Shown in pieces: positions 1 to 12,907 of a stretch of 64,000 nt of DNA. A program made the position numbers and the translations under genes. The notes below the pieces were generated by a model, which did no database searches, was not told where the DNA came from, and saw nothing but the letters and a program-made list of their open reading frames with translations. Each line of letters opens with the position of its first letter. Within the stretch, counting starts at the first letter, position 1. The stretch is from Marsupella aquatica (Eukaryota; Plantae; Marchantiophyta), in the NCBI GenBank assembly GCA_973895155.1, contig OZ316893.1:7030963-7094962 (forward strand), read 5' to 3'.

Positions 1-49
1 ACATAATTCACAAATTCAAATTCAAATTCATAATTAGACGAATTGGGCA

Positions 50-365
50 TTCTCCCGGCCGCGTAGGCTGACAGTAATAATGTAGCATCAAATATATCAG
101 ACATCGATGGAAATTGCTACTTGATAATGGTGCTCGATCTAAGTGATCCCGGCCATGAAGTAATAAAATAAGCAGTCACCCCTCTGCAGCCTACACACCG
201 CCTTACCTCGAACTGCAGCAACACCTGAGATCCGAGCTGTACGAGTCTGTTGGGCCGAAGCGCACTCGAAGCCTTGCAGAGATTTTCGTGCGCAAAATCC
301 CGAGAACTGGTTCACACTTTCGAATCAACTTGAGAGAGTGACCGTCCTTGGACGAGGGACAATTC
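50..365 (-). promoter_or_regulatory. Inverted paralog of the upstream region of the enoyl-CoA hydratase gene (30655-31030)
   Basis: Several collinear blocks match the reverse complement of 30655-31030: gcagtcacc, gccttacctcg, gcaacacctgagat(c/t)cgagct, cgaagcgcactcgaa, accgtcct(t/c)ggac.agggacaa. Confidence 0.8.
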
Positions 366-409
366 TAGACTGGCAGCTAATGGAAGTGCTACACTGACAG
401 GTCTGTTAT

Positions 410-508
410 AAGTAGCTCTTTCGCAGCCTCAAAGAAAAATATTGAAATTTATTATTACAAGTAGCTCTTTCGTAGCCTCAAAGAAAAATATTGAAATTTA
501 TTATTACT
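410..508. repeat. Two-copy tandem duplication of ~49 bp
   Basis: aagtagctctttcg(c/t)agcctcaaagaaaaatattgaaattt(t)attattac occurs twice in tandem. Confidence 0.9.
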
Positions 509-1033
509 CAATTCTGTTACGTCAGGAATTCAGGTTATGGGCATGTGAACATTTCTTGAGCCACTTGCTATTCAAATAATCTGCCCTGAACAAACTTTTT
601 TGGGGTTTGGTACAGGGTTACTAGCCTGCAACCTATGATCAGAAAATGAGTAAATTGCAGAAATGCAGACCAGGAGCAGTTACTCTATGATCATAAAGTG
701 AGGACATACAGACTAGCAGCAACTGGAAAGTTTATCTGATCTATGTGTGAATAGGTTTCAAACTAGAAACCCAGCCCAAAGAGTCATTATCATGTGTAAT
801 AGTTGTGTGGGAAAAATATTACCAGGTAAGACTTTCCGAGCATAGGGTTATGGAAATGTGAATAGGTTTCAAACTAGAACCCCAGCCCAAAGAGTCATTA
901 TCATGTGTAATAGTTGTGTGGGAAAAATATTACCAGGTAAGACTTTCCGAGCATAGGGTTATGGAAATGATAAGACTGGGTAACCTTTCTTCTTGACTGG
1001 AAGTCCTTATTATAATACATGTTTGAGCAGGGG

Positions 1034-1377
1034 TGTTAGATATTGCTCTAGTCTTGTGACTCATGAACTAACTACAGTTAGGCTAACTTGGGTTGGGACT
1101 TAGCTAATGTTAGCGGTAGTGCTGTTGTGCATATAGCCAGGGCTGATACCAGACCCTGGTGGAACTTAGGCTCATTGTTACGGAGTTAGTTGAGAGATAG
1201 GGAGAGCTTGTGCTGTGGATGCTTGGTATGGCCGGTAGGCCTAGAGTGCAGTAAAGTTCTTGTGTGTTCCCGTGGACGTAGCCTCATGTGGAGGTGAAAC
1301 ACGTATTTCTCTGTGTCAACTCTTGTGCATTGGATGGTTCATGGGCTTGCAGTTGCGAATGTCGTCTATGCTCAACA
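1034..1377 (+). repeat. 5' LTR of Copia-1
   Basis: Direct repeat of 6826-7169; about 18 mismatches by eye, nearly all transitions. Confidence 0.97.
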
Positions 1378-2451
1378 AGTGGTATCAGAGCATGCCTAGG
1401 AGGTGACGAGGTTTTCTCATGACAGGTTCTTTCCAGCGTTCATTGTCGATGGTACATTCGGAGTTTCGTCGCATGAAACTCGAATGTGTGTGGCTGTGCG
1501 GATAGGTTAGTGAGAGGGCATTCTAACGGTGGTTAGAACTCGTTGATCGGTATCCGTGGTGCGGAGGAATTGAAGTTTGCGTCGTTCAGGGGTTATTCAT
1601 GTTCGACTTTATTTCGGGGGAGAGACCAGAGTTTGAGTTTTTCAACGGTGTGAGCTGTGCGATGCAGGAGGGATTGCACAATATAGCTCAAGTTGAAGGT
1701 TTATGCGAGCTGATCATTTCAGTAGCTGGATTGCTGCCGAGTTGTTACCGAGTGCGTCGTGACGAGTGAAGGAGACGTTCAGGTTTATGGAACTTGTTCT
1801 CATCTGAACCCGGTTTCTCTTCGTGACGTCCTACTCGATGAAAGAAACGCGAAGTGCTATGGCTCAACGGTTCAATTTCCTCACTTAAAACGGCGGCAAT
1901 TAGGTGAGTCTTTTCTTCACTTTTCCCGGGGGAGTATTTTTGGCATTTTAAGGGGGTTTAAAGGGCCAATATTTTTGTTGTGCACTCCCTCCCTTCGGCC
2001 GGCCTGACCCCGATCTCGCGAGGCCCTACCTTGCCCTGTCGTCGGCGCCCCTTCTCGGCGCACGACGTCCTTTGAACCCCGGACCCCGTCTCCGACTGCA
2101 TACGCAGCCTTTGCCCCTCATACGCCCACCCCTTACGCCGGCCCGTGTACCCCCTCCCAAATACGGGGTGTATTTTTGGATTTAAGGCGCTTTGCACCCC
2201 TTTAGGGCCTATTTTTGGCTCTCTCTTTTTTCTCCTCTTCGCTTCCTCTTGTGCCGGGACCTGCTGCCCTCCGTTTAAACCGCTCAGACCGGGGGAAAGG
2301 CCCCCTGTGAGACCTGCTCTATTATGTGGGAATATTCCCAAAAAATAGAGAGCTGTTTTTGGCGGTCTGACGAAGATTCCGTCCGCCAAAAGTATCTGAG
2401 GAGGAGCTGCTACCGTTTGAGGAAGAACTAGTATCACCGGTACGATCACTG

Positions 2452-5400
2452 GTGCGGCGTGCAGTGGAGGAAGTTGTACTACTACCAGAGCTGTCGGTAG
2501 TAGGAAAGAAGAGAAAGATGGCTAGATTTGGGGGAGTGAAGTTTGAGGTGGAGAAGTACGATGGTCGTACTGATTACTTGTTGTGGGAGAAGCAAGTGAA
2601 GGGTGTTCTAAGGGCCATGGGCTTAGCTCATCTGCTTTCATCACGAGAGCAGTATGATGGAGAGGAGGAGATTTATGTGAGACAATGGAGACAGGAGTAG
2701 GTGATTGCTGTCAATGTAGTGATGCTATATCTCAAGCCGCACATCATTGAGCAGCTGGATGATTATGCGGATTGCACGTCACTGTTCAAGGCTCTAAGAG
2801 AGAAGTACTACCCGGGGTACTACCGGGAAGATGCGTCAGACCGGTTGTACAAGAAGTCTCTCTTGATGAGCCTTAGGCTCAAGGAAGGGAGCAAGATGCA
2901 GGATCACCTCGATGAGTTTGATAGTCTAGCGGCGGATCTGTCAAACCTGGGAAAAGGAGTTGAAGATGAGGATAAGGCCTTGCTTCTGCTAAGCTCCTTA
3001 CCGCCGTCATATCAGGGCTTGAAACAGGTGCTCTTGTACAGAGATATGAAGTCCATTTTGTATAATGAAGTGGTGAGCTCTTTACTGTCTGATGATGCTC
3101 AGAAGAAGCTGGGTCAATCACAGACAACATCTTCTTCTGGCACTGCCCTGAACGTGAATTGTGGAAGACCAACGCAGCGCACGAATGGGCAGAACAGCTT
3201 TAGATCTACATCACGGGGGAGATCTAAATCCAGAGTGAAATTGCAAGAGAGGAAGCCTCTTGCATGTTAGAATTGTGACAAGTCTGGCCACATGAAAAGG
3301 GATTGTCGAGTACAGAACCCTAATGCATCTGCTAACACGGCATCGAGCTCGCATGAGGTAAATTTACTCGATGATGATGACATATTGTGATGCCAAGGTT
3401 ATGCTCTCAACGTAGTGTCAAATCCAGGTAGTGATGACTGGATTCTAGATAGTGCATGTACTTTTCACATTTGCTCTAGGAGAGATTTTTTCAGTTCTTA
3501 CACGGTTTCCAACGGGTCAGTGTTGATGGGAAATGGAATTCCATGTCAAGTAGTTGGACTTGGATCTGTTAGATTTCAGATGTTTGATGGTACTTTAAGA
3601 ACGTTGAGGAATGTGAGACACATTTCCAGCATGATGAAAAATATCATTTCACTTGGAGTTTTAGAAGCAAATGGCCATCAGTGGAGTTCTGCTAATGGTG
3701 TCCTTCAGGTTTCAACTGGTTCTAAAGTTGTATTGAAGGGAAAGAGACATAGCAATCTATACGTTTTGGAGGGCAGTGTAGTTTGTGATGAAGCCAATAT
3801 AACCCTATCTCATGAGGAGACGGCCCGGCTGTGGTACTTCTGTTTGGGCCACATGAGTGAAAAAGGTTTGGCTATTCTTCAGAAAAAAGGATTACTTTCT
3901 AATTTGCAGTCTTGTACGTTAGAATTTTGTGAGCACTGTGTGCTTGGGAAGCAGCACAGGAAACCCTTTGGAGTTAGAGCTCACACCAGCAAGGAGGTAC
4001 TTGAGTATGTACATAGTGATGTGTGGGGTCTAGCCCCTACTCCCTCACATTCTGGACGGTTATACTATGTCACGTTCATAGACGATTACTCAAGGTATGT
4101 GTGGATATACTTTCTACACAATAAGTCTGATGTTTTTGCCACTTTTAAGGAGTGGAAAGCCCAAGTTGAGAATCAGACTAGTAATAAGGTGAGATATCTT
4201 CGATCGAATAACGACGATGAATATAGTTCCGGGGAATTTGGAATGTATTGTAAGGAGCAGGGGATTATTCATCATCTCACAACAAGTTATACTCCTCAGC
4301 AGAAAGATGTTTATGAGAGACTCAACCGAACACTATTGGACCGCTCGAGGAGTATGTTTAGTCAATCATGCTTACCACATGAGTTTTGGACTGAAGCTGT
4401 CAACACTGTAGCTTATTTGGTAAATTTTTCTCCATCCAGTTCTATTGGATTCAAGACGCCATTTGAAATGAGGTACGGGCGTCCAGCAGATTACTCACAT
4501 CTGAGGATTTTTGGATGTGATGCTTATGTGCTTACACCTTCCCAGCTTTGATCCAAGTTGGAGTCCAAGTCGAAGAAGTGCACTTTCCTTGGCTATCAGA
4601 AAGGCGTGAAGCATTATAGGTTATGGGATCCAGTAACGTGTAAACTAATTGTCAGTAGAGATGTGTCCTTTAATGAATCTAGATCATCAAAGGAGGGGGA
4701 GAGTTTTCAGGACTCCCATATTGACAAGGGGAAATCTCTCATCCCGGACCGGGTTGAGGGGGAGATTAGTCATGATGCAGTTCATGACAAGAGAGATGGA
4801 GAAGCTCTAGGCTTGGAGCTGGTTCCTGTGATGGAACAAGAGGAGCAGATTGTTTCTCGGGTACCTCAAATTCAGCCAACAGCAACAGCTGATCAGCCTG
4901 AGTCATCTACTAGAAGAACTTCCAGTCATTCTACTAGAGCTCCTACCAGGTATGGTCAATGGGCAGACTCATCTAAGCTAGTCAGATGATATTGACATTG
5001 CACCTGATGATGATGACATAGCTTTGATCTTAGAAGAAGGAGAACCTTTTTCGTACAGTGAGGCTTGTGCTTTAGAGCAGAAGCATGAATGGAATGCAGC
5101 AATGCAGAGAGAGTTGTAATCTTTGAGTGACAACAAGACATGGGAGCTGGTGGAGCTTCCAAGAGGTCAGCAAGTGGTGGACAACAAATGGATTTACAAG
5201 TTGAAGGACAGTCCTTCAGAGGGTGGAGATAAGATCTACAAGGCAAGGCTTGTTGCCAAGGGGTTCACTAAGGAGAAAGGAGTGGACTACAATGAGGTCT
5301 TTTCACCGGTGGCTAAGTATTCCACAATTCGGATCTTGTGTCAGTTTGTTATGTTTTTTGGTCTGGTGATGGATCAGATGGATGTTGTTACTATTTTTCT

Positions 5401-6616
5401 CTATGGCAACTTGGAAGAGATGATCTTCATGAGACAGCCACTAGGCTTTATGAAGAAGGGCCAAGAGAACTTAGTTTGCAGATTGCTCAAGTCCTTGTAT
5501 GGATTGAAGCAGTCTCCCAGACAATGGAACAAGCGGTTTGATGATTTCATGTTTGCTCAAGGTTTCACAATGATGGTGTATGATCCTTGTGTGTATACAA
5601 AATCAGTCAAGAATGATGTGTTTGGTTTCATCATTCTAGTGATCTATGTGGATGACATGCTGATTATGGCTAAAGATCAATCTGAGGTTGACAGTCTCAA
5701 GGCAAAATTGAGTGTTGAATTCAGGATGAAAGATCTTGGTAAGGCCAAGAGGATCTTAGGGATGGAGATTTTTAAGAACTTTGATAATGGACAGTTGTGC
5801 TTGAGTCAAGGCCAGTATGCGAGGAAAGTACTTGCACGATTCAACATGGAAAACTGTAAGCCAATTAGTATTCCTTTAGCTTCACATTTCAAGTTATCAT
5901 CGGCTTTCTCTCCTACGGATGCTGTGGAGAAAGGTCTGATGGCTAAGATTCCTTATGAGAAGGCAGTAGGCAGTCTAATGTATTTGATGACTTGTACTAG
6001 GCCTGACTTGGCCCTAGCAATGGGCAAAGTCAGCAGATTCATGTCAAATCCAGGGAAGGTACATTGGGAAGCTGTGAAATGGATTCTCAGGTATGTGAAG
6101 GGAACACAGGACTATGGATTACTATTTGATAACAGATCAGATAAAACTTTGGTTGGCTATGTAGATTCTGACTATGGAGGCTGTCTGGATACAAGGAGGT
6201 CTACAACTGGGTTTGTATTTACTCTTGGAGGAGGATGTATTAGTTGGAAATCTACCTTGCAAAAGTGTATATCTCAGTCTACTATAGAAGCAAAGTATGT
6301 TGCAGCAGCAGAAGCAGGCTCAAAGGAAGCTATTTGGTTGAACAAGTTGATAGCAGAGTTGGGTTTAGAGCATGGCAGAATGTCTCTAAACTGTGATAGT
6401 CAGAGTGCTCTTCACTTGACTGCTAACCAGGTGATGGATAGCAGGGTGAAGCACATTGATATCAGGTACCATTTTATCAGGCAAGCAGTGTCTGATAAAA
6501 CTTTTGAGCTAGTCAAGATTGATGGAAAACTCAATCCCGCTGATGCCTTTACCAAAGTGATTCTTTTGGAGAGTTTCTCAAGACACCGTGCTACTTTGCA
6601 AGTTTTGCATTTGTAG
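2452..6616 (+). pseudogene. Copia-1 gag-pol, disrupted by several stops and a frameshift
   Basis: gag (KYDGRTDY, LLLSSLPPSY, CCHC knuckle broken by TAG at 3268-3270), protease WILDSAC, GAG-pre-integrase/integrase (HSDVWG, FIDDYSR), RT YVDDML, RNase H GYVDSD...NPADAFTK. Confidence 0.95.
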
Positions 6617-6825
6617 TGCAAGTAGAGTTATTTAGCAATATGTGACTATTTGTATATGGATTACTCATTCTTGTTTGGCTACGGCTTAGTTCTAGTTAAC
6701 CCTTGTGGTTTTTACCCGGGTTTTTAGGGGGAGACTTGGTTTGGTGATTGTCTAGAACTTCCCGCTAAGGATTCCATATGGTAGCATTTAGTCCAGTCCC
6801 CCAAGACAAGAGTCAAGGGGGAGTT

Positions 6826-7169
6826 TGTTAGATATTGCTCTAGTCTTGTGACTCATGAGCTAACTACAGTTAGGCTAACTTGGGTTAGGACTTAGCTAAT
6901 GTTAGCGGTAGTGCTATTGTGCATATAGCCAAGACTGATGCCAGACCCTGGTGGAACTTAGGTTCATTGTTACGGAGCTACTTGAGAGATAGGGAGAGCT
7001 TGTGCTGTGGATGCTTGGTATGGCCGGTAGGTCTAGAGTGCAGTAAAGCTCTTGTGTGTTCCCGTGGACGTAGCCTCATGTGGAGGTGAAACACGTATCT
7101 CTTTGTGTTGACTCTTGTGTGTTGGATGGTTCACGGGCTTGCAGTTGCGAATGTCGTCTATGCTCAACA
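6826..7169 (+). repeat. 3' LTR of Copia-1
   Basis: Direct repeat of 1034-1377, followed by TSD AGGGG. Confidence 0.97.
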
Positions 7170-7735
7170 AGGGGTTCTAGTGTCAACCCTCTCCAACAAG
7201 TTCAGATTTTCTTCGTTTCCTAATCATAAGGTTCCAGGCTCCAAACCAGATCTTAACTCTCTCAAGTAGCTCCCTAACCATGAGCATGAGTTCTCTGTAT
7301 CCAAGCAAACATGGCTTTGGATATAGTGTGTAACATGGCTAACCTAACCAAGTCTACAACTAAGGTTAGCCCTAACCACAGTTATAGTCATAACCCTGGA
7401 AACACACTTCCTACTCTAAGGCATAATCAAGCAATGCTCGGGATGGAGGTCTTGGGACTTTGGAGGGAGGCCAGTGGCAACTGAACCCTATTGCACAAAG
7501 CTCTACTCTATAGTGGGCTAATCACATGCCCAGCGCCAATCTTCCCGCATGAGCTGGACTGTCTTATACACCACACTAAGCTGTCCTTGAACCATGGACC
7601 TTGAGCTTCAACGCAATGTCTGTACTGGCAAGACATGATTACGCACCTCCAACCAAGCAATGGATCTCTTCAACTTCTCGATCATCTGCCTCAGATGCCT
7701 TGCATGCTCACGCTTTGGATTCACACTAATTGCTC

Positions 7736-8032
7736 CTCGGGGGTTTCATTATATAAAGGCCTTCCCATCACCCGCAACATTTGTAGGCATTAATTGACGG
7801 CAAACGATGGGAAAATGTTGCGGCCCCCTAAAATACCCCTAAAATGCAATATTTTTTTTAGTTTTTTAATCCCTATAACCAAATTGATTAAAATACCCTA
7901 ATGTTCTTATAAGTCTCAAAATTGGATTTCAATGTTCTTCACAACAAATATTAAGTCTTCCTTTAGGACCAATAAAACAACCCTATCTTTTGTCCACATG
8001 AATTGCCATTTTGTAGAAGTGAAACCCATGAG
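7736..8032 (+). mobile_element. MITE family A, copy 1 (~297 bp)
   Basis: TIRs CTCGGGGGTTTCA / TGAAACCCATGAG; internal sequence shared with 16236-16532 and with 29870-30165 (reverse); no TSD seen. Confidence 0.7.
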
Positions 8033-8316
8033 GTTCATAGAGTCTGCCCCATTTGTTGACTTTTTCAAAGAAAGAAGAAAAGAGATCCATTCCCACCCTT
8101 TCATGACATAAACATAAATTTTAACCATTTATTGTTGTGAGTTCAAGTTTGTCAACAAAGACTAAGATGTAACAAGCTCCAAAACACCACTCCCAATTCT
8201 TCAAACACACTATAATGTGGAAAATTATCTCCGCCATGCCTTTGCTAGAATTCATGCTCTAGTGTGTACGTGGTTAGTGTCTTTGGAACCCTCAAATGTT
8301 GAAACAACTTAATAAG

Positions 8317-8693
8317 TGTCAAGCATGACATTTACTCTTAGGTTTAGGGTGACAATTATAACCGTAGTTAGGCTAACTCGGTCTTGTTGATCCTATATAT
8401 ATATATATACACAAGCGGATTTTTGCTTGCTAAAGGGAACTCAGGTTCATTGTTACAGAGCCACTTGAGGGATGGAGAGAGTTTATGCTGGCGGAAATTT
8501 GGTATCATGGCTAAAAGGTCTAGAATGCAATAAAGCTTTTGTGTACGTGTTCTTACTTGTGAACCTAGCCTCATCAAAGGCGCACCCCATGATATCTTTC
8601 TATGACTCCAACTTCTTCTTCGTTGGATGTTCATGGGCATGCCATTTACAGTCACGTTCATTGAACCCATGATGCGTAAACCCGGTGGTAACA
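8317..8693 (+). mobile_element. Degenerate solo LTR related to the Copia-1/Copia-2 LTRs
   Basis: Shares ttaggctaac, ggttcattgttacagagccacttgag, tagcctcat and ttggatgttcatgggc with those LTRs; ends ..taaca; boundaries approximate, no TSD. Confidence 0.6.
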
Positions 8694-10258
8694 CCCCCCT
8701 AAATCCAATCCTACCCCAAACTTCATGACCCATATATTTGCCTTAGGATAGGCAAGTATTTGAATTTCAATATATCGCCATCCAATTCTGTAATGACACA
8801 TGGCCCGCTAATACAATGACTTGTGGCATTGAAAAACAAACAACCCTTAGTTCCATACATGTAATATAGGCACCCTTTCAAAAGTACCTTCTCATGCATC
8901 CCGGGATAGATTTGCTGGTTGTGTACTTCTAATTCAACTATAAAAATTAGGTAAAAATAAATAAAACCCACCCTTCAAGCATTTCTTCATTGGACTCCCC
9001 ATATTAGCTAAGATTGAGGGCCCAGGGATTGAACCACCTTTCCACCTAAAAACAAAGACATTGAAGCCCATAGCATTCGCCATTGGACTACCCATAGCAT
9101 CCGCCATTGGACTAATTGATTCTATTTTTTTATAGAAAATTAAGGAGTATTGAGAGGCCACCTTTCCCCCCTGTTTCGGTCCTCACTGCCTTTTTTTGGC
9201 AACGTGTGTCTGTGGCTCTTCAGCAGGCTCAGGCTTTCACCCTCCTTCGTAGGACTGAGGCCGTTGGTTTTAGGGCCTCCCACCAAGTTGCGCTCTGGGA
9301 CCCTCCTTTGCGGTTTACTACGGAGCTTTAAGTTCTCCACTTGGTAGGGTGTTAGCCTTCACGGTTCCTTCATAGGTTACTTTTTTGTCGGCTTTTGGTT
9401 TGGGCCTCCTTGGCTTGTAATTATCTTGGGGCCTTTTCCCCTCTTTTCCTCCCCTTCTTTGGGTTGCTATGCCATTGGGATCATGTCTCCAGGTTTGACA
9501 TTTTTTTGCCTTTTGGCAATGTGATAAATAAAATTTCACATGGTGGCCTCGGTGCTCAGGGAAAAACCAGGTGGCGAATGGATGATTGCCACCTGAAAAC
9601 GGTGTGACTATTCCATGCCCAACCGTAGTGGATTGCTGGGGATGTACTGGGTCAAAGAAAATGTAGCAAAAAATTGCCATAATTCTGTGAGGCTGGTTTC
9701 TGGGGGAGCTAGGGTGGAATCTAGCAAATACTTTTTGCTCCAGCCCATAGCATCCGCCATTGGACTACTCTTAGGCATACAGTTTTACTCAGATAAAGTC
9801 TTTCTTTATATAAATCCTCACCCGTTTGCGTGTCAAGCGTGCAAAAGCCATAATTATCCTAAATTCAGAGCACGGTCATAGAATACCCGCAGGTGATGGG
9901 TCAACCCACAGGTGTTGAGTGTCAACAGGTGGCGAGTGTCAAACCGTGTTTGTTCCGTAGGACTTGGTTGCTAAACATTGTCTCTTCTGTAGGACTTGGG
10001 TGCCCTAGGAGAGAGGTAACTCCCCAACCTGCTTTCCAGGCAGTCACAGCCATATCATTTATGGAACTGTCCACGCCAACGGAGAAGCCATTATCATTTG
10101 GCTCGTGAATGCTCGTCGCAGCAATTGTCGCAGTGCATAATTATTAAATTTCAGCTTCGAAATTTGCGTCTACTGTAGGTCTTCAGCATCGGATTCTCTG
10201 ATCGACAGTTACCACTTACCAGAGTAGTCAATCTTCTTCGCGCAACGATATATAATTA

Positions 10259-10660
10259 CAGCTTTTTAGTTACCTCTCCCCCAAACTATCTCATATTACT
10301 AATGTGCCTCCAAAATAAATTTAATTATCAACCCGTTCCCCATGTGGTATACTTGAACCTTATTATTGACACGTGACCGGGTTCTTGTTGCCATTGGCAA
10401 CCCTTAACCCACCGTGACCCCCTCTGTTTCCCCTTCCCCATTGCAGGGCACACTAGTAAGCCCTGCAATGGGGAAGGGGGACCAAGGGGGGTCGCGCCTG
10501 GGTTAAGGCTAGCCAATGATGCTTGGCCACATGGTAATGGGAACCCGGTCTCAAGTTCATATCAGTATACAAAATGGGGGTCAGACTCATAAATAATTTT
10601 GTTTGGGGGTATGTTAGTAATATTAGGTAATTTGGGGAGCAGGTTATTAAAAAGAAGCTG
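10259..10660. mobile_element. Tc1/mariner-type MITE (402 bp)
   Basis: ~65-70-bp imperfect TIRs beginning CAGCTT and ending AAGCTG, flanked on both sides by TA. Confidence 0.8.
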
Positions 10661-12370
10661 TATATAGAATGTAAGTTTGTTGACTGAAACTACGTCGTGA
10701 GATTGTCAAGGACTCAAGGGGGAGAGTCCCCTTTGTGCCGACTGCCTGGACTCCGTCCTACGAAATCCGGGTCATGTGGAGGGAATTAATGAATTGCTTT
10801 GATTGGCGATTTGGCGATGTCGGTTACCATAATTGGCCCAATCACCAACTTCTTGCTACACTTGCACAGTTGCACGACCGTTTACGGCGCAAAGTGATCG
10901 TATCTGCCAGACTGATCCTTGAAAGTGCATTATTGGCACTGTCACAGTACCCGGCGATTGCGGTCCCAGCCGCGGACACCTTCTATGGAAACGCCGTGGC
11001 CACTTTACGTGGATAATTCTAAATTTTAGAATTTAGATGGTCCGGAACGTGGAATTTCATTACTGTACTGCGGTGAAGGAAGTATTCCTGACGAAGATAA
11101 TCTCGAGGGTAATTGATGCAGATTGTCAGTCTTTTCGTTTTGCGTGTGAGAGTTCAAGGTTTTTAGTAGAGATATTCTTTCTCATTGACGAGTTTGTTAC
11201 TAAACAATCAGGCAAGCTACAGTAGTACCTGTCACTACTGTAGTCTTTTCAATTTTTTGTCAGGGTCTCAACTCTCAACTACGGCTTCAATATTCAATGG
11301 TTGTCGATTACAAGAAAACGGGGGAATTAAAACTGTCACGCCGTTGCGGTTGAACTGTATCATCCAAGGAATTCTCACAAGAGCGAGTTCGCTCATCAAA
11401 CAAACGAAACCAAGATGGAAGACAGTCTATTTGCAGGCGCTAACCCGACTGACATTGACGCCGAGTCCTGAGACAAGTCTATGAACGGAGTGTGGCTAAT
11501 GGTCCAGGCCTTACCCTCGAAACATTAGAATTCTTTTATCTTATGGCTCATGTGTCAGTCTTCAAGGATACTTTCCCGGAAGTTTCAGATTGACAGTGTG
11601 CATAATGGTACCTCGTGAGTTGGGAAGCACTGAAGGAGATGCTAAGAAATAAAGTTTCTAGATTTATTTCTGACAGTTACATCTCCCTAGAATTAAAGAC
11701 AACTGTTCAGATTGTAGCTTTGGACCCTATGGTTTGATGGGAGACTAAGGAATGAGACCCAAAAAAATGAAAAATAGGCAAATTTGGCTAATTTGGAGCT
11801 AAAACCTTGACTCGCACAGGCGCTCCCTCCCTCACAAACGCCGGTTTGTGCATCTGGTTGCATGCCCCGATGCAAAAACAATCGAGCACACTGGAGGCCT
11901 GAACCCCTACTTTTCTCAGATTATAAGTAAACCCGTGATCCACATGTCTTCTCACATTTTTTTTCCCCTCGAAAAATCTAGATGAATTACATTCAAAATG
12001 CCAACATGCAAAAGGGGAGGCCCAAAAAAGGACACCAGCCCTCAGGACCAAAAAATGTCGACTTGCTAAAAACCAGGGGGGGTGGTACCAGGCGAAAAAG
12101 GTAGACTTGCTAACAACCAGGGGGGGTGGTACCAGGCAAGGAGCTGATCCCCATAAGGGAAACTAAACAAGCAATTTAGAGAACACAGCTTGAGAGTAAC
12201 ACACTCTAAAGTCAGGCCAGTGGCAGGGTGGCAGGGTTCAGGCAAAGTTCCCATCAGTGGATCTATGGTATTAAGGTAAGAATCTTATTGATCTGACACT
12301 CTAAAGTCAGGCCAGTGGCAGGGTGGCAGGGTTCAGGCAAAGTTCCCATCAGTGGATCTATGGTAATTAA

Positions 12371-12907
12371 GGGTGGCTTTACAAGACGTCCGGGGCAGTT
12401 CCTTCACTTTTATGACATCCAAGATCCAATCCGGGCCATCCATTGGGGAGATAGTGCTGGAGTTCACTTTAGAAAACGTCGGGGGCAGTTTTGCTCATTG
12501 ATTCTGCCGATCCTACATGGACTTCAGTGGGGCCCAACTTTTGCCGACGTGGAGCTCTTTTTTGTCCAGAATTTTAGACCACCTCCGTTGGAGGTCCCTT
12601 CATCCGGCCGCTTGGTCCATTCCTATTATGGGCAGTTTTCAATAAATGCGGACCCACAGGAACCAGCATTAGCCAAAGATTAGCCAGCATTAGCCAAAGA
12701 TTCAGGTGGAGTGGGTCCCAAGTTTGTCTTCTAGTCAATGATTCTAGCTACACTGGCCAGAGTTCCCTTTACAAGACGTCGGGGGCAATAAAAGTCTTCT
12801 AAATTCTCTATTAGCCCCGGTATACTGTTTTTAGCATGTGAAACTGCTGCTGGCTCAGCTTTGGTAGAAAAGGAAGCGAACGGCCCCGACGTCTTGTAAA
12901 GTGCCCC
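12371..12907. mobile_element. Tourist/Harbinger-type MITE (537 bp)
   Basis: TIRs GGGTGGCTTTACAAGACGTC / GACGTCTTGTAAAGTGCCCC, TAA target duplication (12368-12370, 12908-12910), internal copies of the TIR motif at ~12468 and ~12768. Confidence 0.85.

Larger units (their letters stand above)
1034..7169 (+). mobile_element. Full-length Ty1/Copia LTR retrotransposon (Tnt1/Tork-like), Copia-1, decayed
   Basis: 344-bp LTRs at 1034-1377 and 6826-7169 (TG..CA), 5-bp TSD AGGGG, tRNA-iMet PBS TGGTATCAGAGC at 1380-1391, PPT aagggggag at ~6815-6823, domain order gag-PR-INT-RT-RH. Confidence 0.97.
515..7404 (-). mobile_element. Older minus-strand LTR (pieces 515-1033 and 7175-7404) interrupted by Copia-1
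   Basis: TGTT...AACA termini. The reverse complement of 7250-7335 resembles the Copia-2 LTR core (cacactatatc...tgcttgga...gctcat.gtta.ggagc.acttgag). A purine tract (agagtaggaag on minus) abuts 7404. Contains a 110-bp tandem duplication at ~747-968. Confidence 0.55.

Noticed and set aside
9540-9620. tRNA/SINE-like segment
   Set aside because: No convincing cloverleaf or A/B boxes; lies next to a probable LINE 3' remnant.
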